From Spirochaetales bacterium (lineage in GTDB: Bacteria; Spirochaetota; Spirochaetia; DSM-27196; SKKC01): DNA of 55,587 nt. Both the position numbers and the translations under genes were made by a program. Below are positions 17,398 to 25,518 of the stretch, one piece after another (position 1 is the stretch's first letter; the number at the start of each line of letters is the position of its first letter). The notes below the pieces were generated by a model. The model searched no databases. It saw only the letters and a list, made by a program, of their open reading frames with translations, and was not told the DNA's origin. The stretch lies in NCBI GenBank assembly GCA_007135605.1, contig SLIN01000105.1, forward strand, positions 1-55,587. The letters run 5' to 3'.

Positions 17398-18080
17398 CCG
17401 GAGTATTCCTACAGGCTCGCATCTCGTCGTCCCGTTTGCCCGGCAAAGCGCTGGAGCGCCTTGAGAACCGTACCGTGCTCGAACACTGTATGGCGGCGCT
17501 CGGATACGTTCACGCCGAGCGGCACGTGCTCCTCACCGACACCGAGAGTTCACCGCTGTTCGCGCCACTGGCCGACGCATGGGGATTCGAGCTCTTCGAG
17601 GGCGACCGGGATGACGTCCTTGACCGCTATGCACGTGCAGCCGAACAGTTCGACATCGACACTGTCGTGAGGGCGACCGGTGACAATCCGCTCGTGAGCA
17701 TCACACTTGCCAATCGTATCCTTTCCGAGCACCGCACCGTCGAAAGCGATTATAGCGGATACCTCGGCATGCCGCTCGGAACAGGTGTCGAGGTCGTGAG
17801 CGCACAAGCATTGATGAACGCCGACCGGCACGCTACAGATGCGTACGAGCGCGAGCACGTCTCACCGTATATCTACCGTCGCCCTCTCGAGTTCCGTACA
17901 CACCGACCGATCGTTGAGCCGAACCTACAGAGCGACGAGCGCGTGACGCTGGATACTGTTGAGGATCTCGCACGGCTCAGGACACTTTTCGCACACCTCT
18001 ATCGAGGGCTTCCGATAGAGGTAACCGAGCTGTTGCACGAGCTGCGAGGAATGTACATGCGACACAAGCGGAGTGCATGA
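17394..18080 (+). CDS. SpsF/NeuA-type cytidylyltransferase (CTP_transf_3-like)
   Basis: I moved the start to ATG 17394, which makes an ATGA overlap with the upstream stop. The N-terminus MTGVFLQARISSSRLPGKAL and the 228-aa length fit SpsF-like cytidylyltransferases. Confidence 0.8.
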   Translation: MTGVFLQARISSSRLPGKALERLENRTVLEHCMAALGYVHAERHVLLTDTESSPLFAPLADAWGFELFEGDRDDVLDRYARAAEQFDIDTVVRATGDNPLVSITLANRILSEHRTVESDYSGYLGMPLGTGVEVVSAQALMNADRHATDAYEREHVSPYIYRRPLEFRTHRPIVEPNLQSDERVTLDTVEDLARLRTLFAHLYRGLPIEVTELLHELRGMYMRHKRSA

Positions 18081-19918
18081 GCGACCGGTATCTGGTCATA
18101 CCCGACACGCGTCGCGGTCATGGAACCGGGCACATAGCACGCGCCGCAAGACTCGCAGCATCGCTCGGCGATGAAGCCGATCTACTCATCGATTATCCGT
18201 GGGATGCGAAGTGTCACGAGACCCGAACGATCGTCGAGCTCGCCGAACGGCACGGTGCGAGAATCCGCGGTGACGCGCACGAGCTGCTCCACCAGCACCG
18301 CTCGGCGGAGAAATGGTCACTGGTCATTATCGACGCACAGGAGATGGCGCGTGCCGACCATGCGACGCTGCGCGCGCTCGCTCCCACCGTCGGAGTAGAC
18401 CTCGGTGGTGAGGCCCGATTGTACGCGAGCTACCTGATCGATACCCTGCCGAATCTCTTTGACCATGCGCCGAACGTTTTCGATACGGGATTGAACGAGC
18501 TCCCCTCGCGGGTACGAGGTCCGGAGACGCTCCGCCATGTGGACGAATCGACGCACACAAATGCGCGCATTCTCGTATCGATCGGTGGCGAAGATCCGGC
18601 TTCACTGACACCACGCGTGCTCGATTTACTCGATCGGGCGCAGTCGGTTCCGGAAGAGTCGGTTGATGTCGTTCTCGGGCCCATGTCGGCCGAGAGAGTC
18701 GGAGGCCGGTACCGAACGGTTTCGTCGGTACTGCGGTGCCACCGGCTGAAGGATATCGTCGGTGACTACGATATCGTGATCACGACATTCGGACTAACCG
18801 CCTACGAGGCGCTCGCAGCAGGTTCCACCGTTCTTACCGTTGCTCCCACGCGCTATCATCGACGCCTTGCCGAGCGAGCCGGGCTCTTCTCGCTCGGAGG
18901 ACCGAAACGAATCCATGGAATCGAATGTGCAATCCGCCGTTGGAAGGAAATCTCTCGCACGCAGGAGCGAGTGCGCCCGCGGCGCAGCCGCTCGCTCGTC
19001 GAGCTCGTACGGAGTATCGATGCAAGCGGCGTCGAACCATGCCCCCTACGGGGAGGGTCCGATTTCCCGGCGCTGGTACGGACGGCCGAACGGACGTACC
19101 GCGAGTCGACGTATCCCGGTCTCTACTACCTCGAGCGCTTCGCTCCGATGGAAATCGCGTACACTGAACGCTACTTCTTCGAGGAGTACCGGCATCAATA
19201 CGGGCGGAGTTATCTCGAAGACTTCGCGCAAATTCAGTCGATGTGCGAGCGGAGGCTCGATGAGATCGAACGGCTTCGTTCAACCTCTACCGATGTCGTG
19301 TCCGCCGCCCGGCCCTCGGATGAAGCCGACACCAAACCGATCCTCGTTGATCTCGGTTGCGCGTACGGGCCGATGCTCGCTGCCGCCTCCAAGCGCGGAT
19401 ACGCGGTCAACGGTGTCGAATGGTTTGCGGGTGCGGTCGCATACTGCAACGATACGCTCGGCCTGCCCGCAATCCAGGGTGATGTCTGCGATCGCACGCT
19501 CCCGGACCGGCTTGCTCTTCGCGGCTGTGTCGACGTCGTGACAATGTGGTACGTGATCGAACACGTGCGCGACCTCGATGCACTGCTCGACACCGTGCAG
19601 ACGTTTCTGAAACCGGGTGGCGTGTTCGCTTTCTCGACTCCGAATGCGTCGGGTGCAAGCGCGCGCAAAGACCTCACCGGGTTCCTGAAAGCCGGTCCCG
19701 GCGATCACTGGAGTATCTGGAGCGAACGATGCGTGCACACGATTCTGGCACAGCTCGGCTTCACGAACCCTACGACGGTCGTTACCGGACACCATCCGGA
19801 ACGCTTTGCTCCGAGGTTCGCCCGGACGGCGTTCGGAAACCGCATCGCCCGCCGGTGGAGCATTTTCCGGCGGCTCGGAGATACGTTCGAAGCGTACGCG
19901 CGACGGGGTGAGGCATGA
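18077..19918 (+). CDS. Fusion protein: PseG/SpsG-like GT-B domain + class I SAM-dependent methyltransferase
   Basis: This is a 613-aa ORF with an ATGA overlap at 18077-18080. The N-terminal RRGHGTGHIARAARLA resembles the PseG/SpsG G-x-GH motif, and ILVSIGGEDP...ITTFGLTAYEALAAG indicates a GT-B C-lobe. The C-terminal part has methyltransferase motif I (LVDLGCAYG) and VTMWYVIEHV...LKPGGVFAFSTPN. Confidence 0.75.
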   Translation: MSDRYLVIPDTRRGHGTGHIARAARLAASLGDEADLLIDYPWDAKCHETRTIVELAERHGARIRGDAHELLHQHRSAEKWSLVIIDAQEMARADHATLRALAPTVGVDLGGEARLYASYLIDTLPNLFDHAPNVFDTGLNELPSRVRGPETLRHVDESTHTNARILVSIGGEDPASLTPRVLDLLDRAQSVPEESVDVVLGPMSAERVGGRYRTVSSVLRCHRLKDIVGDYDIVITTFGLTAYEALAAGSTVLTVAPTRYHRRLAERAGLFSLGGPKRIHGIECAIRRWKEISRTQERVRPRRSRSLVELVRSIDASGVEPCPLRGGSDFPALVRTAERTYRESTYPGLYYLERFAPMEIAYTERYFFEEYRHQYGRSYLEDFAQIQSMCERRLDEIERLRSTSTDVVSAARPSDEADTKPILVDLGCAYGPMLAAASKRGYAVNGVEWFAGAVAYCNDTLGLPAIQGDVCDRTLPDRLALRGCVDVVTMWYVIEHVRDLDALLDTVQTFLKPGGVFAFSTPNASGASARKDLTGFLKAGPGDHWSIWSERCVHTILAQLGFTNPTTVVTGHHPERFAPRFARTAFGNRIARRWSIFRRLGDTFEAYARRGEA

Positions 19919-21753
19919 CGACGATTCTTATCTGCGGCGGCGGAACCATGCAGCTACCGGCCATTCGAATCGCGGCGGAGGAGGGGATGCGTGTCATCGT
20001 CGCCGACGGGAACGCCGGGTGCCCGGGACGCGCCGTTGCCGATCGATTCGAGCACGTCGACTTGAACGATCTCGATGGAATGACCGAGTGCGCGCGCCGA
20101 CATTCGGTCGACGGCGTTTTTACCGCCGGCACCGATTTCTCGACTACCGTCGCGTGGGTGGCCGAGACGCTCGGACTGCCCGGAATCGATTACGCGACAG
20201 CGCTTCGCTCGCGGGACAAGGCGCGAATGCGGCGGGTGCTCGGTGATGCGGGGGTGCTCGTGCCGCCGTTCTGCGTGTACGAGAATCTCCGGAAGGTTAC
20301 CGGCGGAAGCGATTCCGCGGGCTCCGATACTCACGGTGAGGTCCCGTTTCCGGCTGTTGTAAAACCGGTTGATAACATGGGCGCGCGGGGAGTTCGGCGG
20401 ATCGGCAGCAGCTCCGAGCTCGAATCCGCACTCCGTGCCGCGACGAAGGAGTCACGGACCGGGAGGGTACTCTGCGAATCGTTTATCCCGGGTCGCGAGT
20501 ACAGCATCGACGCGATCAGCTATGGGGGCTCAGTGTATCCGTGCGGGCTCGCCGACCGGCACATCACGTTTCCACCGTTCTTTGTGGAAATCGGCCATAC
20601 GATTCCCTCCACACTCTCCGCAATCCGGCGAGACTTCCTCGAACGCGGTTTTGCCGCCGCAGTACGGGCTCTCGGAATCGACCCTGGCGCTGCCAAAGGT
20701 GATGTATTTCTCGTACCGCGAGAAAACGCGCCACAATGGCTGGTCTCTCGAGCAGCGACTAGCCGGCTCGAACGACAACGTGACACCGGGAGCTTCTCCC
20801 GGGAAAGCAACGATTTCGTGGTAATCGGCGAGATCGCCGCACGACTCAGCGGCGGATATATGTCCGGCTGGACGTACCCCTTCGCCCGCGGATTCGAGCC
20901 CATCCGTGCCGCGCTCCGAATCGCAGTAGGACACGATCCCGGCCCGATTCGGGAAACGCGGTCCCGCTATGCCGCCGAGCGCGCTATCGTTTCAATTCCC
21001 GGTCAAATCGACCGTATCGACGGTGTAGAAAAGTATGGTCACGAAGCCGACTCCATCTTTCTCACACGTTCAACGGGTCAATCCGTGGCGCTTCCCACGA
21101 GTAACGTGGAGAAATGCGCGAATGTTATCGTAACAGGCGATTCATATATCGAAGCGTGTGACCGGGCCGATCTACTGCGACAGCGTATCCGCGTACGGCT
21201 TGCGACCGCGAACGACGATACCGAACTATTCCTCTTTTCCGCGGAGAACCCGATCCTCACCGCGTGGGACGGAGACCCTGAGCAATCAGGACCGGGACTA
21301 CCGGCTCGGTCACGCGACCTGGAGGTGCGAGCTTCCCGGATGCTCGATGACTGCATGGCTGCGGAAGCTTCTGGTAGCGGCAATACCGTCCGATCCACCG
21401 CCCCGCGTGCTCGAGGGAACGCCCGAGAGAATGCCCGGTCGTCGCTGAAGATACCCGACCCCGTGACGTCGGTTGCCGGCGAGCTTGGACGCGAGTACAC
21501 CGAGACGGGGGCTGACGAGCCCGGCGGGCGCGACATACGAGCGGCGACGCGAGCGCAGTGCATCGAGTATTTGGTCCGCCACAGTGAGAGCGCCCCCGCG
21601 GTTACCGTAAGCACCGACTTCGTCACTGCGGTCACGTTTCTGGCGATTGAGCGAGGCGGTATTCAGGCTCTCGAATATCTGATCGATACTATTAGCGAGG
21701 ACCGAGGATGGCAAAAGCTCTTCGACCGTATACGAGATATTCGACGCTCCTGA
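19915..21753 (+). CDS. ATP-grasp enzyme with ~250-aa C-terminal extension
   Basis: This is a 612-aa ORF with an ATGA overlap at 19915-19918. MTTILICGGGTMQLPAIRIAAEEGMRVIVAD, FPAVVKPVDNMGARGVRRI and ESFIPGREYSIDAISYGG give an ATP-grasp pattern. The C-terminal third has no recognisable motif. Confidence 0.8.
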   Translation: MTTILICGGGTMQLPAIRIAAEEGMRVIVADGNAGCPGRAVADRFEHVDLNDLDGMTECARRHSVDGVFTAGTDFSTTVAWVAETLGLPGIDYATALRSRDKARMRRVLGDAGVLVPPFCVYENLRKVTGGSDSAGSDTHGEVPFPAVVKPVDNMGARGVRRIGSSSELESALRAATKESRTGRVLCESFIPGREYSIDAISYGGSVYPCGLADRHITFPPFFVEIGHTIPSTLSAIRRDFLERGFAAAVRALGIDPGAAKGDVFLVPRENAPQWLVSRAATSRLERQRDTGSFSRESNDFVVIGEIAARLSGGYMSGWTYPFARGFEPIRAALRIAVGHDPGPIRETRSRYAAERAIVSIPGQIDRIDGVEKYGHEADSIFLTRSTGQSVALPTSNVEKCANVIVTGDSYIEACDRADLLRQRIRVRLATANDDTELFLFSAENPILTAWDGDPEQSGPGLPARSRDLEVRASRMLDDCMAAEASGSGNTVRSTAPRARGNARENARSSLKIPDPVTSVAGELGREYTETGADEPGGRDIRAATRAQCIEYLVRHSESAPAVTVSTDFVTAVTFLAIERGGIQALEYLIDTISEDRGWQKLFDRIRDIRRS

Positions 21754-22766
21754 TCGTTTTCGTCGCGGCCATGCTTGCTCCCGGCCCGGTACACCCCGGC
21801 GAGATCTCGCTCAGAGAGGTCGCATCCGGGCTGAATGCGGAGATTCTCTACGACCCGTTTCTCGAGCTCGGCCGTATCCAGTACGGTGGGTATGCCGTGC
21901 GCTTCGCCGTCGGCAGCGACGAGATGCGTACCGACGACGGGACGGTCCTGAGCGTAACGCCACCGACCTCGAACGACGGTTCGGTGTACATCGACGAGAA
22001 CACCGCAACACAACTGAAGGCGATCTGGCGCCCGACGGCTACCGATCGCGATGAGCCGTTCGTGTCCGCGATCGTCATCGACCCCGGACATGGCGGTCGC
22101 GACCCGGGAACGATCGGCAGGCACGTGATCGACGGCGAGGAGCTCGTGTTGCGTGAGAAGGATATCGTGCTTGACGTATCGCTCCACTTGCGCGACCTTC
22201 TGCGGGAGTCGTTCGACGACCGGCGGATAATTCTCACTCGCGAGGACGACCGCTATCTGCCGCTCGACACTCGTACCGATATGGCGAACGACTTACCGCT
22301 CGGTGAAAACGAGTACGTGGTGTACGTCTCGGTGCACGCGAATGCCTCGCTGAATACCCGTGCAACCGGCTTCGAGGCGTGGTTCATTCCGCCGGAGCAA
22401 CGAAGAACGCTTATCGACCCGGAGGACCTGGACTCCGACCGTCGGCGGATACACGCCATACTCAACTCGATGCGCGAGGAAGAGGTCTCGGTGCACAGTG
22501 CCATGCTCGGAAACGAGCTTCTCAGTGGGCTCGAACAGACGGTCGGAGCCCGCTCTCCGAATCGCGGACTGAAGCAGGAAAACTGGGCGGTTGTACGAAA
22601 TGCACTCATGCCGAGTGTGCTTGTTGAGCTCGGCTTCGTCACGAATCCGGAGGAGGCACAACTGCTCTCCGACCCCGAATACTTGCACAAGCTCGCGGTC
22701 GGCCTCTATACTGGTATCCGTCAATTTGTTGACGTCTTTGAGACCTCGAATTCGGACGGAACATGA
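21708..22766 (+). CDS. N-acetylmuramoyl-L-alanine amidase (Amidase_3, AmiA/B/C type), secreted
   Basis: This is a 352-aa ORF with the signal peptide STLLIVFVAAMLAPGPVHP. Amidase_3 motifs are AIVIDPGHGGRDPGTIG, YVSVHANAS, GFEAWF and VLVELGFVTNPEE. The start overlaps the ATP-grasp gene by 46 nt. Confidence 0.9.
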   Translation: MAKALRPYTRYSTLLIVFVAAMLAPGPVHPGEISLREVASGLNAEILYDPFLELGRIQYGGYAVRFAVGSDEMRTDDGTVLSVTPPTSNDGSVYIDENTATQLKAIWRPTATDRDEPFVSAIVIDPGHGGRDPGTIGRHVIDGEELVLREKDIVLDVSLHLRDLLRESFDDRRIILTREDDRYLPLDTRTDMANDLPLGENEYVVYVSVHANASLNTRATGFEAWFIPPEQRRTLIDPEDLDSDRRRIHAILNSMREEEVSVHSAMLGNELLSGLEQTVGARSPNRGLKQENWAVVRNALMPSVLVELGFVTNPEEAQLLSDPEYLHKLAVGLYTGIRQFVDVFETSNSDGT

Positions 22767-23242
22767 ATTTTACCCGTTTTGACACGAAAGCGGTTGCAGT
22801 GGTTGCGCTCGCATCTTCGCTGGCGGTATCTATCGCCTTCTATTTCTTTATGTCTCCGAACCGGGTAGAGCGGGTACTCTTTTTCCCCGGCTCTATCGAG
22901 AGGGAGCTCGCCGGCGAGCCCCGGCTCGTTCCCCGATCCGACGGCTTGGAGTCGAGCGTACGCACGGTGGTTCGCGAATTGATGTACGGGCCGGCGAGAA
23001 TCGACCGCTCTCGCGTGGTGTCACGTAATACACGTGCGGCCAGCGTAATCGTTCGAGGATCCACGGCGTATATAGAACTCTCCACCGATATCCTCCACGT
23101 CGAGGAGGAGGCGCTGCCGCTTTCCCTCGAGGAGAGTCTCACGGCGATCGAACACACTATTCGCTTCAACTTTCGCTCCATCGAGCGGGTAATTATCACC
23201 ATCGGCGGTGAAATGCTGCGCGCACCCGCTGCAAACATATAG
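22763..23242 (+). CDS. GerMN-domain protein (membrane-anchored)
   Basis: This is a 159-aa ORF with an ATGA overlap with the amidase stop. It has an N-terminal hydrophobic anchor (AVAVVALASSLAVSIAFYFF). The VRTVVRELMYGP...VIVRGSTAYIELS pattern resembles GerMN domains, which are often encoded next to amidases. Confidence 0.65.
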   Translation: MNFTRFDTKAVAVVALASSLAVSIAFYFFMSPNRVERVLFFPGSIERELAGEPRLVPRSDGLESSVRTVVRELMYGPARIDRSRVVSRNTRAASVIVRGSTAYIELSTDILHVEEEALPLSLEESLTAIEHTIRFNFRSIERVIITIGGEMLRAPAANI

Positions 23243-23303
23243 CGGGTTCATCCGGGAGACCGCTCAAGGTTTCGAAGAGTGCGTCACTCGAACGGGCATC
23301 GGT

Positions 23304-23331
23304 TTGACAAAACGTTCCCGCTCCATATACT
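23304..23331 (+). promoter_or_regulatory. sigma70-type promoter candidate for flaA
   Basis: TTGACA (23304-23309), 16 nt, then TATACT (23326-23331). It lies about 50 nt upstream of ATG 23383, with an AAGGAG SD at 23371-23376. Confidence 0.5.
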
Positions 23332-23382
23332 TACAGATGCGTATTCTGGGTACGAAACCACGGAGGGATTAAGGAGCAACGA

Positions 23383-24327
23383 ATGAAAAGGATTTTCATT
23401 CTAATCACCGGAATGCTTCTTCTGGGCGCTATAGGTTGGGCTGAGGAGTCGGTAATGATCGACTTCGGCCAGCTCATTCCTGATTCGGATGAATATCCGG
23501 GCCAGCACGAGCAGACGATCATCGATTTCAGCGATGTGCCGATAGCGCAGCTTCCGGAAGAAGACAGAGAGCAAATGCGAACATCGCTCGCGATCGAGAA
23601 TTGGGAAGTGCTGCTGGCATCAAGCTCCCGGAGAATGGACAATCTCTCGAACAGCTACGTGCGAATGGCGGGAGTTCGAGAGGATGCACGTCAGTTCGCC
23701 GGAGAAGCAGCCATGGGCGTTCGAGTTCGCTTTCCGGAAAGCGCATACAACAGCTGGGCGCTCGTCAGGCCGCCGTTCGAAATACCGGGTTTCGATCCGG
23801 AGCGACGCTTCGATGGCTACGGCGTGATCCGGAACACCGGTTCGATTCGTCAAATTCGCGTTAACGTGTACGGTCTGAACTTCCCGCACCGCCTGAGCAT
23901 ACTCCTCATGGACGAGAACAACCGCGTGCAGGAGATCATGCTCGGCGACCTCGAGTTCGACGGCTGGAACACGCTCGTATGGGACAATCCCAATTACATC
24001 GAGGACGTGCGTAACCGCGAGCTTCGCGTCATGCCGCGCTATCCAGCAAGTGAACCGTTGCAGAAATTCGACGGGTTCCGCATCTATCGCGACAAGGAGG
24101 CGATAGGCGGCGACTTCGTCACCTACGTCAAAGACGTAACGCTGGTATATGATCTCGCCGAGCTCGACGAAGAGCGCGATATCGATCACGAGGAGCTTTG
24201 GGGGATTCTCAGTGAGCGCGAACGGCAGCGCCGACAGGCCGAGCTTTCCCGCCTCGGACGGATTCAGTCGTTGCGATTCATCGAAGAGCGACGTATGGAC
24301 GACACGCTCAACGGCCCGCTCGACTAG
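23383..24327 (+). CDS. flaA: Flagellar filament outer-layer (sheath) protein FlaA
   Basis: This is a 314-aa ORF with a signal peptide. The segments ESVMIDFGQL, SLAIENWEVLL, GVRVRFPE, PPFEIPGF, RFDGYGVIRNTGSIRQIRVNVYGLNFPH, FDGWNTLVWDNPNYIEDVRNRELR and PRYPASEP are colinear with Treponema FlaA as I remember it. Confidence 0.9.
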   Translation: MKRIFILITGMLLLGAIGWAEESVMIDFGQLIPDSDEYPGQHEQTIIDFSDVPIAQLPEEDREQMRTSLAIENWEVLLASSSRRMDNLSNSYVRMAGVREDARQFAGEAAMGVRVRFPESAYNSWALVRPPFEIPGFDPERRFDGYGVIRNTGSIRQIRVNVYGLNFPHRLSILLMDENNRVQEIMLGDLEFDGWNTLVWDNPNYIEDVRNRELRVMPRYPASEPLQKFDGFRIYRDKEAIGGDFVTYVKDVTLVYDLAELDEERDIDHEELWGILSERERQRRQAELSRLGRIQSLRFIEERRMDDTLNGPLD

Positions 24328-24380
24328 CGGCTCCGGCTCACGATACGTCCATCATCGTTCGATATAGAGTGAACTCGGAA

Positions 24381-24412
24381 CACTCCGCCCTGCCGACCGG
24401 CAGGGCGGAGTG
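24381..24412 (+). terminator. Perfect 14-bp stem / 4-nt loop hairpin downstream of flaA (terminator-like, no U-tract)
   Basis: The sequence is CACTCCGCCCTGCC-gacc-GGCAGGGCGGAGTG, 54 nt after the flaA stop. It is followed by cgttatct rather than a clean T-run. Confidence 0.45.
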
Positions 24413-24640
24413 CGTTATCTGCCCGTACTGCCCCTTGTAAACGGCGGACCTTGCAAGCGTCGGGAAACCCAGTCCCGGTTTCGGGAACCGCACGGATCCC
24501 GAAACCATCCGATCAAGGCACAAAGGATAGGACTTCCAAACGGGTAACCGTGTCCCGAGCGGGAAGCGTACATCCGCTACGGGGGCATCACCTGCGGAGC
24601 ACTACGTTTGAGAGAAATGCGCTTGCTTTGGCGTTCGGTC

Positions 24641-25513
24641 CTACTGTCGATTGCCCGTGATTCGCAAGCCGACTGTCGTACGGAATAGAAAGACATCGCT
24701 GACGTCGGTGCCCGCAAGACCGCGACGACCGAACGTGAACAGATTCGTGTCCAGGCCGATATCCGCCGCGACGTCCGGAGATAGTTGTACTCCGATCGTG
24801 GTACCGAGCACGATTGAACCGAGGGCGTCAACCTCCGAGCTGTCGCCTTCCAACAGCCGGACCTCGCGATTGTGATAGGCGAGGTCGAGCACGACGGTAT
24901 ACGGAACACCGTCTTTGAACACGTCGGCTGATATGCCGTAGACATTCCGGCTGCGATGGCGTGCACCGCCTTCGGTCACCTCCTCGAAACGGCGCGACTC
25001 GACTCTCGCCTCCACACGGGCGTTCGGAATCCGGGCACCCAATACTCCGGCCAGCTGACCACTCCGATAGTCACCTGGATCGTTCAGCGATGCGAGCGTC
25101 TCGCGCGCTTCGCCGCCGATATACACACGATCGAAGAGATCGACCGTCAACATGCCGGCGACACCGGCCCGTACCGGTGCGGGCCCGGTATTCAACAATC
25201 CGAATGTCGGTCCGATCGTAACCTGAAGCGGCCCTTCGGAGACGCGCAGCTTCGAAAGCACGGTATTCCCGAGAATAGCATCACGCTCGAACCCGACATC
25301 AACATGAAGCGACTCGCTCAACCTGTTCGACATCCACGCCGCCACCTCGATCGACGTAGCGTCCGGAACCGGGGCACCGTCTTCGGGCACCCGGTCACCG
25401 GAGAAGTCGAGATTGCCGACCCCGAGCTGTACAGAGAATTCACTCGCCGATACGCTCGCCGGCACAAAAGCCGGAAGAAACACAAACACCAATAGCAATG
25501 GATATCTCATCAT
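24641..25513 (-). CDS. Secreted beta-strand-rich protein, putative outer-membrane protein
   Basis: This is a 290-aa ORF with the signal peptide MMRYPLLLVFVFLPAFVPASVSASE. It shows an alternating hydrophobic pattern with Gly/Asp turns. I found no named motif. Confidence 0.7.
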   Translation of the reverse strand: MMRYPLLLVFVFLPAFVPASVSASEFSVQLGVGNLDFSGDRVPEDGAPVPDATSIEVAAWMSNRLSESLHVDVGFERDAILGNTVLSKLRVSEGPLQVTIGPTFGLLNTGPAPVRAGVAGMLTVDLFDRVYIGGEARETLASLNDPGDYRSGQLAGVLGARIPNARVEARVESRRFEEVTEGGARHRSRNVYGISADVFKDGVPYTVVLDLAYHNREVRLLEGDSSEVDALGSIVLGTTIGVQLSPDVAADIGLDTNLFTFGRRGLAGTDVSDVFLFRTTVGLRITGNRQ

Positions 25514-25518
25514 AAGCC

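Noticed and set aside
24413-24640. Identification of the convergent spacer as RNase P RNA, tmRNA, SRP RNA or a riboswitch.
   Set aside because: It is too short for RNase P or tmRNA, and I found none of the conserved boxes I know (GGAAAGUCC-type P4, the tag ORF with a CCA end, the SRP GGAA-tetraloop helix 8). It is not upstream of any gene, so I keep it only as an unnamed structured region.
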